Of a stretch of 64,000 bases of DNA, positions 26,561 to 49,420 are shown piece after piece. The notes under the pieces were generated by a model. It was not told where the DNA came from. It saw only the letters and a list, made by a program, of their open reading frames with translations, and did not search any database. Source of the stretch: Utricularia gibba (lineage: Eukaryota; Plantae; Magnoliophyta); assembly GCA_002189035.1 (NCBI GenBank), contig CM007990.1, forward strand, positions 1,488,001 through 1,552,000, read 5' to 3'. The position numbers and the translations under genes are program-made. Position 1 is the stretch's first letter; every line of letters starts with the position of its first letter.

Positions 26561-27112
26561 CGTTCAAAGAGAACGAAACTTTTAACTGTGAATAACGCAA
26601 ACCCTTTTGAGACATATTTCCTCGTTTTAGCGAATTGCCACCTCGGGGCCTTAATTGTAAATACTTTAGTTTTCACAAATTCGATTTTAACCCCAAACTT
26701 ATTGTTGTTTTATGCATTTTGTTCAATTATATTTTTATATTCATCCTCTTCCAATACTAAATATTGGGTGTAGTTTGGGGGTGTTATTACTACATCTTAC
26801 ATTAAGTATAAAGAGTTTAATATTTAAATTTTAAAATTGTTAGACATTTTAAATTATTTTTTTATAAACCGTTTATCTTCAAATTTATGAAATTGTATAT
26901 TTAATCCTTTATATTATTAAAACTAATCGATTTTAACTCTTACATCATTATAATAATATATCATATGATACACAATATAACTATAATATCATTTTGAATC
27001 AAATGAAACATAAATATGATATAATTATTATCGTTTTGAATTATATGAGATATAAATATAATATAATTCTAATTATGATATCATTTGATTCGTTGAATTT
27101 TAGATGCAAATA

Positions 27113-27679
27113 TGATGAGATCATGGATGTTATAGATTATCCCAATGAAGATAAAAGACACAAGATCAATAATCCTCCATTGATTTTAGTTGGGCCAATC
27201 ACTAGATCAAGAGCAATAAGGAATCAAGAAGTGCTTAAAAGCTTATGGGCCAATCAACCAAGCTATGAGGTGTTGGCATGTAATTCAACATTCTCAAAGT
27301 GCATCAACTTGATTAGAGAAGGCCTATTACTACCAAATACATTATTATTACTACTTTTCCTCTAATAAGGCCCAATCCTTCATCTATTTAAGAAGGTCTT
27401 ACTCATGTTTTGGACAACTTTGATTGTAATTACTTTTGAGAGCTATTCTCCTTCCTTGAGTTCTTATTGAACTTAGACTTATCAAGCCTTGCTTGTGGTA
27501 CCTAGTGTGTAGTTTATCACTCCCAATTCTTTCCTTGATTCTGTGAGTGTGGTACCATTTCATAGTTTGGGTTGTAAGAATCTTTCAATCCTTGAGGGCC
27601 AACTTCTTTTTCTTGAGGGATTGCTTCTTTCAACCAAGATCTGGTTTGCCAATCACTTATTGATTGGAGGGTCGTATCA
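27113..27679 (+). repeat. 5' LTR (567 bp)
   Basis: Starts TGATGAGATCATGG and ends GTCGTATCA; aligns end to end with 32982-33549. Confidence 0.95.
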
Positions 27680-27681
27680 GG

Positions 27682-27694
27682 TGGTATCAGAGCC
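27682..27694 (+). other. Primer-binding site complementary to tRNA-iMet 3' end
   Basis: TGGTATCAGAGCC two bases after the 5' LTR. Confidence 0.95.
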
Positions 27695-28382
27695 AATCTT
27701 TCTCTTTTTCATCTCCTATTTATCTTGTTTTGGTTTCGTTCTCAGAAAAAAAAAACCAGAAACTAGTCCAGATCTATCTTGATTTGGTTATCTTGTCTTT
27801 TACTCATCTCTTCTTCTGAAATGAAGAACCAAGGGGGGTTTCTTATCTTTGTTTCTTCCATCCGTTTCTTCTGGATTGCTGCAAAAAGAAAAAAAAAACG
27901 TGTTGAAGGGAGAAAGAAGGTTAGCAGCTGAATTTTCAACTTTTCACACACAAGAAAAGTCAAAAAAAGAAGTTAGTCATTTGAATCCATTGAATCTTCT
28001 TTTTACCAAACAAAAGAAAAGTCAATATTGTACAACTTTGTCTATTGTCCTACTTCTATTCTATTTTAACTCTTTTCAATTGTCTACCTACCTCTTTTGG
28101 TGTTAATCACAAAAAGTTACACTCTATCTTTCCATTCCTACTCTTACTTAACCATTATTACTATTACCATCACCAATTCTTATATTCCTCATTTTCTTTA
28201 TCCCACTCATTACCCTAGCCACTCTTATCTCTTTGAACCACACTTAGATTGATCATTTAAGGTTTACTAAGTCTTAAAGTTCAAGAGGACTTGAGGTTTG
28301 GAAATTCTCTCTTCTTTTCCTTCTATCTTTCTGTTGTTATTATCTTTCCTTCTTTTTGTCTACACTTTTCTCTTGTAGTAGG

Positions 28383-31300
28383 ATGTCGAGCTCTAATAGC
28401 CCTGCAGAAGAATCAAATGTTATGGATGTTCGTTTTGTACTTAATGCAATGCAAAGTGAGTTCAGAAGATTGCAAAGATGCATGGAACAAATCCACATCA
28501 AACTAGAGGACCATGATGAATCTCTCAAGAACATCAAAAAGCAAGAAGAGGACAATATCTCCCATGGAAGAACAAGAGTTCCAACACACCTTAACAAAAG
28601 GAATTCTCAACAAGAAAAAGATTCGGAATCTGAGGCTGAAGAGGCAAAGCATGGTGAACAAAGGAGAAACAATAACATCCCTGATGAGTATGATTCATCA
28701 TGTGGTGATGATATAGAACGAAGATCTCAAAGAAATTGGAGGTCAAATCGTGGTGTGAGATATGATGAAAGACCCAGGGGTAGACACACACGTGAATACA
28801 ATGAATTTGATAACATCAAGATGAAAATCCCTTCTTTTCAAGGGAAAAACGATCCAAATGCCTACTTGGAATGAGAGACTCGTGTGGAGCATGTGTTTGA
28901 TTGTCACAACTATTTTGAAGTCAAGAAGATCAAGCTTGCTGTTGTTGAGTTTACAGATTATGCCATAACTTTGTGGGATAAAGTAGTACTCAACAGAAGA
29001 CGAAATGATGAAGAACCAATTCGCACTTGGGCTGAAATGAAGAGGATCATGAGAAAAAAATTCATTCCCAACCACTACCAAAGAGATCAACACCAAAACT
29101 TGCAGAAGCTCACCCAAGGGAGCAAAACCGTGGAAGAATATTGGTAAGAAATGGAGGTGTTAATGATTCGAGCCAATATAATAGAGGATATGGAAGCTAC
29201 AATGGCAAGATTCCTCTATGGTTTAAACAAGGAAATCTCTCAAGTGGTCGAGCTGCTACACTATGTGGAGATTGAAGACATGTTGCATGTTGCAATAAAG
29301 ATTGAGAAGCAACTAAAGTCTAAGGGACAACATAAAGACCATCCAAAACCTTCTACCTCGTGGAATGTTGTGGAAGTAAGGAGAAGAAACCAAATTATCC
29401 TTCATTTGGGAAATCAACCAAGTTTGGACCGATGAAAGAGGGCACTTCAGATACTCGAAACCAGGAAAGAGGATTTAAGTCTTCTGGACAAAAACGAAAT
29501 ATCAAGTGTTTCAAATGTTTTGGCCATGGTCATATTGCTTCAAAATGCCCAAACAAGAGAACCATGATTCTAAGGGACTATAGAGATGTTGAATCTGAAG
29601 TTGAGTGTGAAAGTAGAAGTGAAGTACATGAGATAGATGATGGGGAACAACAACCTGTCATTGGTGAAAGTTTGGTAACAAGAAGGACTTTAGCCATGGA
29701 TGCTAAGCCAATGGAGGAGCAACGAGAAAACTTATTCCATACACGTTGCTTTGTGAATGGGAAAGTTTGTAGCCTAATAATCGATAGAGGCAGTTGTGCA
29801 AACGTTGCTAGTACTCTCATGGTGGATAAACTCCATCTTCCTACTCTTAAACATCCAAATTCCTATAGGCTTCAATGGTTGAACGAAGGGAGTGAAGTAA
29901 AGATCACTAAACAAGTTCTTGTTGCTTTCCAAATTAGAAAGTATCAGGATGAGGTTCTTTGTGATGTTGTGTCCATGCATGCTGGACACATACTCTTGGG
30001 AAGGCCGTGACAATACGATAGGAAGGTGATCCATGATGGCTATACAAACAAGTATTCCTTTTCTGTGAAAGGAAAACCAATCACATTGGTGCCTTTATCT
30101 CCAAAAGAGGCACACGAGGATCAAGTTAAGATTGTTGCTGCTATCAAATCCTTTGGTGATTCGAGGGATGAGAGCTTGGGAGAGAAAACAAAGATATCAA
30201 GAGAAACGAAAAGAACATCTAAAAAAGAGAGTGAAAAGAAAGACGTGAATGAATGAGTTGTGAGGAAAAAAGAAGTGGAATGCCTTGTTGCAAGAATGAG
30301 TGATGTGAAAAGAGTGTTACATGTCAGAAATCTCTTTCTTTTGCTCTTGTGTAAAGAGCCTTTGTCAGACAACTCTAACCCACAAGAGGATCTTCCTACT
30401 TGCATTAAACTTGTTTTGCAGGAATTCAATGATGTTTTTCCTGAAGAATTGCCTGGATTACCACCATACTGAGGAATAGAACATCAAATTGATTTCGTTC
30501 CTGGTACTCAAATCCCAAACTGAGCTGCGTATAGAGCCAACCCTGAAGAAACCAAAGAAATCCAACGCCAAGTGGAAGAACTCATGGCTAAGGGGTTGGT
30601 GAGGGAGAGTGTTAGTCGATGCTCAGTTCCAGTGTTATTGGTGCCAAAACATGATGGAACATGGAGAATGTGCACTGATTGTAGAGCCATCAACCAAATA
30701 ACGGTTAAGTACAGTCATCCTATACCTAGGCTTGATGATATGTTAGATGAATTACATGGATCATGCATTTTCTCTAAAATTGATTTGCGTAGTGGATATC
30801 ATCAAATTAGGATGAGAAAGGGGGATGAATGGAAGGCTGCTTTCAAAACTAAGTTTGGTTTATATGAATGGTTAGTTATACCTTTTGGATTGACTAATGC
30901 ACCTAGTACTTTCATGAGATTGATGAATCATGTATTGCGTCCCTTTCTTGGGAGATTTGTTGTTGTTTACTTTGATGATATTCTTGATGAATCATTTACG
31001 TGAAGTGTTGGTTCTTTTGAGAAAAGAATGTTTGTATGCTAATATCAAAAAGTGCGCCTTTTGCACAAACAAAATCTCCTTTCTTGGCTATATTGTAAGT
31101 GATGCAGGTATTTTAGTAGATGAAGAAAATGTAAAAGCAATTAGAGAATGGTCAACTCCTACCACAATTGGAGAAGAACGTAGTTTCCATGGATTGGCTA
31201 GCTTCTACCGTCATTTTGTAAAGGATTTTAGCACAATTGCTGCACCATTGAACGAGGTTGTGAAGAAAAATGTGCAATTTTTCTGGGGAGAATCACAAGA

Positions 31301-33186
31301 ACATGCTTTCAAGACATCCTTTACTTGCATTACCTGAATTCTCTAACACGTTTGAAATTGAATGTGATGCTTCTGGAGTTGGAATAGGTGCTGTTCTCAT
31401 GCAAGGAGGTCGACCTATTGCCTATTTCAGTGAAAAATTGGGTGGAGCTACACTAAATTACCCAACTTATGATAAGGAGTTGTACTCATTGGTTAGAGCA
31501 CTTGAAACTTGGAAACATTATCTTTGGCACAAAGAGTTTGTTATCTATACAGATCATGAAAGTTTGAAGCATGCCAAGAGTCAAAAAAATCTCAATAGAA
31601 GACATGCAAAATGGGTGGAATTCATTGATATATTTCCTTATGTTATCAAATATAAGAAAGGTAAGGAGAACATTGTTGCAGATGCATTGTCACGAAGGTA
31701 CACACTTTTAGCTAATCTTGATGCTCAAATTCTTGGATTGTCAACGATAAAAGAATTTTACAGTTTTGATCATGATTTTAAAGATATTTATCTTTCATGT
31801 GAACATAAACTTCTTGAAAACTTCCATAGGCAAGATGATTTTCTTTTCAAAAAGAATAGATTATGTATTACTCAATGTTCAATTCGTGAGTTTTTAGTGA
31901 AAGAAGCTCATGGTGATGGTCTAATGGGGCATTTTGGGGTCACCAAGACGTTGGACATGCTTCAACAACACTTCTATTGGCCACACATGAGAAAAGATGT
32001 GGAAAGAATCTGTGGAAGATGTTTGGTGTGCAAAAAAGCCAAATCAAAATCAATTTCTCAAAGATTGTACACTCCTCTTCCTACTTCTATTTACCCTTGG
32101 ATTGACCTTTCTATGGATTTTGTTTTAGGATTACCAAGGACTCAAAAGGGAAAGGATTCAATATTTGTGGTCGTGGAGAGGTTCTCCAAAATGTCACATT
32201 TCATTCCTTGTCACAAGACTGATGATGCTTCGCATGTTGCCGATTTATTCTTCAGGGAGATTGTTAGGCTTCATGGTATGCCACTTACCATTGTAAGTGA
32301 TTGTGACATAAAGTTTCTTAGCCACTTTTGGCGTACACTTTGGAGTAAGTTGGGAACAAAGCTTCTTTTCTCTACCACTTGTCATCCCCAAACTGATGGA
32401 CAAACTGAGGTAAAAAACCGAACCCTAGCTACCCTACTTCGTGCCATCATCAAAAAGAACATTAGAACATGGGAAGATTGCTTACCTCATGTTGAGTTTG
32501 CATACAATAGAGCATTACATTCTTCTACTCATTGTTCTCCTTTTGAAATTGTGTATGGTTTTAATCCTCGTGCACCTATAGACTTGTTGCCCTTGCCATC
32601 TGATGAATTTCGTAGTTATGATGGTGCTAAAAGAGCAAATGCCATCAGAACACTACATGAGAAGGTTCGAAATCAATTGGAAGCCAAAAACATGGAGTAT
32701 GCAGCTAAAACAAATAAACATAGGAAAAAAGTTACTCTACAACCAAGAGATTGAGTTTGGGTACATTTTCGAAAGGAAAGATTTCCAAGCAAGAGGCATT
32801 CAAAGCTTTCACCCAGAGGAGATGAACATTTTCAAGTTATTAAGAAAATCAATGATAATGCTTATAAGATTGATCTTTAAGGTGAGTTTTCGGTGCACTC
32901 CACGTTCAATATTACTGACTTGGTTCCTTGTGATGTAGATGGTGATGATTCAAGGATGAATCTACTAAAAGAAGGGAGGGATGATAAGATCATGGATGCT
33001 ATAAATTATTCCAATGAAAATAAAGTACACAAGATCAATAATCCTCCATTGATTTCAGTTGGGCTAATCACTAGATCAAGAGCAATAATGAATCAAGAAG
33101 TGCTTAAGAACTTATGGGCCAATCAACCAAGTTATGAGGTGTTGGGCATGGAATTCAACATTCTCAAAGTGCATCAACTTGATTAG
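28383..33186 (+). pseudogene. Disrupted gag-pol polyprotein of the CRM element
   Basis: Gag, protease (LIIDRGSCAN), RT ([25 protein letters not shown]), RNase H ([20 protein letters not shown]), integrase (H-H-C-C zinc finger, [18 protein letters not shown]). Premature stops at 28872, 29145, 30008, 30254, 30470, 30521, 32752 and 32878, and frameshifts near 29380, 30990 and 31310. Confidence 0.95.
32967..32981 (+). other. Polypurine tract
   Basis: AAAAGAAGGGAGGGA immediately before the 3' LTR TG. Confidence 0.9.
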
Positions 33187-33549
33187 AGAAGGCCCATTAC
33201 TACCAAATACATTGTTATTACTATTTTTCCTCTAATAAGGTTCAATCCTTCATCTATTTAAGAAGGCCTTACTCATGTTTTGGACAACTTTGATTGTAAT
33301 TACTTTTGAGAGCTATTCTCCTTCATTGAGTTCTTGTTGAACTTAAACCTATCAAGCCTTGCTTGTGGTGTATAGTGTGTAGTTTATCACTCCCAATTCT
33401 TTCCTTGATTCTGTGAGTGTGGTACCATTTCATAGTTTGGGTTGCAAGGATTTTTCAATCATTGAGAGCCAACTTCTTTTTCTTGAGGAATTGCTTCTTT
33501 CAATCAAGATCTGGTTTGCCAATCACTTGTTGATTGGAGTATCATATCA
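32982..33549 (+). repeat. 3' LTR (568 bp)
   Basis: Starts TGATAAGATCATGG and ends ATCATATCA; about 38 substitutions plus one indel relative to the 5' LTR (manual count). Confidence 0.95.
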
Positions 33550-33890
33550 AAATACAAAAAGTTTTAGTATAAAATTTTTTTGAATTTAAAATTAAATACA
33601 ATTCATAGCGTTATGAATAGATTCATTTTTAAAAAATTTTAAAAATCATTTAAATCTTCATTATAGGATTAAGATGATTTGAAATATATTTTTATATTTT
33701 TTAAATTTGAATATTAGATTATTTATATTAACTGAAACTTAACTTATTGTTATTACAATTTTTTACTAAATATTTTTATTCACTTCCAGATATTTTAAAG
33801 TTTTCTAAAAAAAAATAATCAGCTACTCAAGTCAGGGTTCCACACAACACCAAACCAGAAAACCAAAGCTGTCGCAACACTTGCATTATA

Positions 33891-35232
33891 TCAGATGTAG
33901 ATGTTGTCATCATCGCTAGCACTGCTGCGAGATCGATACCGCCGGTTAACTTTGCCGGAACTGATGGCAGTGGCGACCGGTGGCTCGTCTTCTTCCATTG
34001 CGGAGACGTCGGCTCCTTGAAGGTCATCCTCTTCTGCCATACAAACGCTTCTGTTTTTAAGATATTCGTCTCCAGTTGAGATACTCCCTCCGGCCGAAGG
34101 TTCATCCAGTTGGCGCCTTTTCGGAGTGAAGATGATAGATTTAGGAAGCTCAGAAGAATCTTCTCCATCCTCCATGTCTTGGTCGGCGTTCCTTTTCCTC
34201 AAGTATTGGAAAAGTTCCAAGTAAGCTTTCTGGTTGGACTGATCATCCATGACCTCTGTGGAATCGAAGGTATACCGAGTGTATCTTGAAGGGTTTCTGA
34301 GATAATCTGGAAGTCCAGAAGTGTCTGATTTTGATGTCTCGTTCTGTGCAGGTGTTTCTGCTAGAACCACTGACGCGGACGGGGTTTCATCCTCTTTAGT
34401 CCCAGCGTCGAGCACAAATCTGACTCGCTTCTGCGAGCTCCGCAGGGCCTGGTTCTCTTTTCTCTTCAATATTGATCTCAAGTTATCACCATCATCGGGG
34501 TTCACTGATGAATTTGCATCTTCCTTCAACCTGGATTGAGCAGCAGCATGATCTGCACGAAAATCTCTAGCCGTGGCCATAAAGCTATATCTCTGTTCCG
34601 TCCCGACAGCTAATTTGTCGTACTCGTCTTCCTCTTCCTGTGTAACACGAAATCGACGAATTCCATCAATCAGAAGGTCTACAAACGAAGAATTCATTCC
34701 AAAAACTCAGCAAATCTAAAAGCCTTGGTAGACTTACTTCATAGTCAAGAGTGCAATCACGGCCGATAATGGCCTGCACCTCCAAATACTCATCTTCTTC
34801 CTGGTTCCGGTCCAAATTCTGGTCATCGCCAGTCTCCTCATCTTCTCCTCCACCGTACAGATCCTCCAGTGCGCTAACGTCGAATGACAGTTCACATTCG
34901 CGATCGGCGTCGTTAGATTCTTCTTTGTGCCGATTCCGGGGGCTCCTCTCGATCTCAACGTCACTGAGGCACCACAAGGCGGAGGCGACAGTCTCTGGCG
35001 CTGCCGTAGAGCTACAGAGGGAGCCAAATACCTTATCGACGCGATCCTTGAAGCTCGACGGTTCAGATGCAGAATCACCATCACGCTGCTCGTCAGATTC
35101 TTCGCTATGCCCGTTCCACAGGTTCCCCCCGATTTCCTCGGCTGAGAGGCCCCACGCATCGGAGCTGACGCCTTCCGGCGACGTCATAGAGCAAAAAGCC
35201 TTATCGACGCGATCCCTAAGACTTGCCTCCAT
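33891..35232 (-). CDS. TSSC4: TSSC4-like protein (U5 snRNP assembly factor family), 413 aa
   Basis: Exons 35232-34738 and 34637-33891 (100-bp GT-AG intron, phase 0). Repeated FKDRVDKVFGSL-type N-terminal motif, IGRDCTLDYE|EEEDEYDKLAVG, and GLPDYLRNPSRYTRYTFDS...NQKAY. Family assignment is from recalled motif similarity. Confidence 0.8.
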
Positions 35233-35389
35233 TGGATGCTCTCTACTTCTCGAATCGGCGGTTTATAGATGTGGATGAATGGCGGTGGTAGGGCTTTTGG
35301 AATTTTCTTGGGATAGAGATACCGGTATAAGGGATGGGATGCCGAGTTTACGTAAAGAACAAGGCTTTTTTTGGAGAACAAGAACCAAC

Positions 35390-35540
35390 CTCAGCCCAAC
35401 CCAATAAACCCATCCTAACAAGACCCCACCTAATCTTGCGCCCAATCCATCCAGGCCCATCGTAAGAACCTAAAAGGCCGATCCAGCCCAATAGGCAGAT
35501 TAATCCTGGCTTAGCTTAACCCAACCCGAAAAGCCCAATA
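35390..35540 (-). promoter_or_regulatory. Site II (TGGGCY) element cluster, likely TSSC4 proximal promoter
   Basis: Several AGCCCA/GGCCCA motifs 160-310 bp upstream of the ATG at 35232. Confidence 0.5.
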
Positions 35541-37479
35541 AATACTACGCCAATACGAGAGCAACAACGTGACTAAGACCATCTTTATCAATATTCGAAA
35601 ATATTGATATAGTATTTTTGAAAATTGAGGTATTAAATTTCCTTTATTAAGTTTCTCTTATGTTTGTATTCATTTTTGAAAATTGTAATATTAAAATAAA
35701 TATTACAAACTATATTTTAAATTATTTTTTAAAGTAAACTAGGTTTTCTCATTTTCGTTTCCGGAAAAAATAATTAACAAGTTTACTCATTTCTAAAAAC
35801 ATTTATCTCTATTTCCGAAAGTAACATATTAATATTTTCAAAAATGATTAAAGATACTCTAATGAAAGATTTACAAAACTGACAACTCTTCCTCTTTTTC
35901 ACACTCAAATAAAAAATTTTAATTCAGATGATTAATTTTTTTTGCATACATCATAAAAGGTGATCAAATTTCTAAATCTTCACTGACTAATTCACTCTAT
36001 GGTAACATCAAGTCAACCATCTTAAATTAGCACAAATCATACTACCATCTCAAAAGTCCAAGTTGTTGCAGCATAGTGAAATCTTCAATTGGAAAAACCC
36101 TTGAACGAGTTGTGCCATGAAAAGATAATGCTCAAATAGGTACATTTGGATAAGATTTAGGAAGTGTTTGGTTAGAAATCAATGAAAGAGAATATCAACT
36201 AGTTGGAATAGTCCTAACATGAAAACCCTAGAATGTAAAGTGTTTGAGAAGACAATACTTGAAAAGGAGATTTGCATATCAAAGGCTATATAGGAAGTGC
36301 CTAAAAAGTTCATTTACATATAGTAAATACTATAAAAATTATATTATAATCCATGTATTGTACAAGCTGGAAGTGAAAGAGTAGATCAGCACCACCAGAT
36401 GATGGGACCTAAAGGTGATCCACATGCTCTTCATTAAGGACAACTAACTAGTTGTTGATTTCTAGAATTGTAAACCATAGTGAATTTCATTTTTTGGGAG
36501 AAATCTCGAGTGTAGGAGGTTCCCACTCAGATTCACATGGCTAAATTTTGCATGTTTACTTGATTACATACACACAGATTTACATTCAAGTACACATGTC
36601 TGTTGTTTTTCTGCATAGAACAGTGGGTGTTGAGTGTGAGCATGTGTGCCAACAAATACTTGGGATTTCAAAATACAGCCAAATGCAAATGCTGAGCATG
36701 AAACTAGCAATCCAACAATAAGGAGAGGTCCACATTTGATTATGAGGAATTTTGGACCTTATGGGTATTGCATGTTGATTTCTTCTTTTTTTTTTTTTTT
36801 TTAAGATAGAGAGGGCTCTAGCTCATGATAAACAAAGGAAACAACCATCTCTAACACTCATGGCATGTTCTCCTATCATTAGGTATTGGAACATGAACTT
36901 GAAAACCTTCTCTAAGTCAATGAGCCATGCGGCTAAGAGTAAGTGCCTAGACAGCATTTGAGACACCAATGCTAGGATGGTTTCTAGAAATAGCAAGACA
37001 TGATTTACTGTGTAGGATGCAACAAGACATGAGCATGTGGATAGAAATAACATTTTAAAAAAATACAGATTATTTTCAAATATTGTTATACTTTTAGCGC
37101 TTGGAAACTTACATTAAGTAAGAATTTTGAATTAATAAAATCCCCATGCCATTACTCTCACATCTCTTATGCAGCCCCCCATCTCCAATCCTATCCCAAG
37201 AAACTCACAACCCAGACCAATGGAACGTATCAAGCCAACACAGCCTATGATGCATAGTCAAGTCAGCAATCCCAAGACCAGCCCAGATCAGCCAACTAAA
37301 CCCTGAACCCGACACAATTCAACAACCCAACACAAGACAATCTGAAAACCATACCATGTGCGGAATTTGGTGGAGTAGCCTTGCTTTTCTCCATGTTTCG
37401 GTGTACACTGGGGCAGACTTACATGGATATCAGCCCTGAAGATAATATTAAAAGAAGACACAAATAGAAGGAATAGATT

Positions 37480-47643
<10,164 letters not shown>

Positions 47644-48189
47644 ACCGACCAGCTCCGAGTGCCCGATGATGTATGAACACTCCTGCTACATCCACCCCGT
47701 ACACGCGCCGTCGTGCGGGGATGCTAAGGATGATGATGATGATCGAGTGCAGAAGCCAGCACAGTGACGCGAATGCAGGTCCAGAGGCTGGGCGCCGGCA
47801 AAAGGAGGCTCAAAGAAGACGATCTGAAAGAGAAGAGAAAAAGTAAAGCAGAGCAATCAAACGGAAGCTTCTAAGCTGTCTTCGCTACATCCAACTCCTG
47901 AGAAGTCGTTCATCAATGGTAATAAGCGTTATCAGACGGGCTGTAAAAAATACGAATCGGACAGTAACACTTTCCATTCACCCAACGGTTGGTTAATTCC
48001 TTGCCCTTCCAAATTAAAATTGTCCGAGGTGACCGTTGAGTATTTATAATTCTATTATATTATAATATAATGTAAAAAAAAAATATATATATACATATAA
48101 TATTCTGTACTAAATTTACTCACAAATTACAATAAACTTTACATTTCTAAATTGGCATGTTTTGGTTGACAATTACCAAAATAACCTCG

Positions 48190-49041
48190 TACCCCAAAAG
48201 ACTGAACCTGCTGTCTTGTCTCATAAGTCCTCCAGCCAATCCGCCCTACGGCCTCCTATGCTGTGTTACGTGCCTCTTCAAGAGTGGTGCTGTGTGCCCT
48301 TGGCCGTGACACCAAGAACACGGCCACCGGTCACAATGAAATTTTACTGCAATCATGCACTGTGCTAGCATGGAAAATCTGGTGCAACTTTCTCTGCTTC
48401 TCTCAAATGCTTGAATGATGGCTTCCAGGGTAGCTATTGCTGTTTATGATGACCACCATGGCTGAACCAGGTGACCAGGAAAGGAAGCGTTGTGTAGCTC
48501 ACCCTTGCATGTCTGTAGCATGATTTCGATGAGATCTGATTCCAAACCGGCCATCAGCAGCTACAGAAGCTAGCTTTGAACTGTTTTCTTTTTCAAGAGT
48601 TACATTCTCGGGGCTGTATATGCATGCCTTCACGAAATAATCAACAAGCAATCTCGGGTGTGTATCAAGATCATGGGGATTCAACTCACCTGACACTCCT
48701 GATCGCGGATGCGTAGGTTGTATTCAACCAGCTTTGACAAACCAGAACTTTTCTTGATCATGATGCCGGCATAAAGAAACCCAACAAATTGGCATGATTC
48801 ATTTGCCATCCTTTTGCAAATGGGGGAAATAGTGGACTCCGTGATGACAGATTCCACTTCCTTGTCACAACTGGAGCAGGGGAATAGGAACCGATGCAGC
48901 CTGTGTTTGGACCAGTGTCACGATCGCCAAATCGTTGATGATCCTGAGCAGACTCAAGCAATCGCGTTTGCTGCATCTAATATACCAGAAAAGGATGCTT
49001 CTTTACCTTCGAGGTATTCCTCCACGACGCATTCCATGGCT
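48190..49041 (-). pseudogene. purD: Phosphoribosylamine-glycine ligase (GAR synthetase) pseudogene, C-terminal half only, intron retained
   Basis: Piecewise translation: VVEEYLEGKEASF...[29 protein letters not shown]...[33 protein letters not shown] | intron 48689-48561 (GTGAGT...TAG) | LLMAGLESDL...CKGEL...WSPGSAMVVI...SYPG...FHA...TGGRVLGVTAKG...LEEAR...IGWR. Multiple frameshifts, stops, internal deletions and substitutions at conserved residues (RFGDPE to RIRDQE). Confidence 0.92.
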
Positions 49042-49376
49042 CTGGCAATAAACAAATCAATAAAATAAACAAAAGCAGACGCTCTAAAAAACCATACGGC
49101 TTTCTGCAAGCAGCAGCGCAAGTGAGAGCAAATTACCCCAAACACAGATACCCACGACGAATAAACACACCCAGTATTTCTCAACGCTTGCAAAGATCAA
49201 CAATCCAAGTAAATGTAAGAAACATAACGCCTTTGTAAAAACATGAAACCTGAAAGAGAGCGAAAACGCCTTGTCGAAGTTTCTGGATTGTACCGCTGCT
49301 CCCGTCGCCGGCGCCGGAGCTGAATGGAGCCCGAAACTTATGAGAGGAGACAAAAGGAAGAGCCTTTGGGATCTTG

Positions 49377-49420
49377 TAAGCCCAAGGCCCATTTTAGTTA
49401 TTGGGCTGGTACCAGCCCAA
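49377..49420 (-). promoter_or_regulatory. Site II cluster including a perfect 20-bp palindrome; candidate promoter of the PurD relic
   Basis: AGCCCA, GGCCCA and TTGGGCTGGTACCAGCCCAA (49401-49420) lie directly upstream of a GC-rich exon-like segment and a 208-nt U-rich GT-AG intron (49249-49042). Confidence 0.5.

Larger units (their letters stand above)
27113..33549 (+). mobile_element. Full-length, inactivated Ty3/gypsy chromovirus LTR retrotransposon, CRM (centromeric retrotransposon) clade
   Basis: Two TG...CA LTRs, 5-bp target-site duplication AAATA (27108-27112 and 33550-33554), tRNA-iMet PBS, PPT, and domain order gag-PR-RT-RH-INT. CRM-type gag MKIPSFQGKNDPNAYLE, zinc knuckle CFKCFGHGHIASKC, and a CR motif (GPITRSRA) encoded within the LTR. 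Confidence 0.95.

Noticed and set aside
26994-27365. 123-aa ORF spanning the left flank and the 5' LTR
   Set aside because: It is AT-rich flank fused to the LTR-encoded integrase tail (CR motif), not an independent gene.
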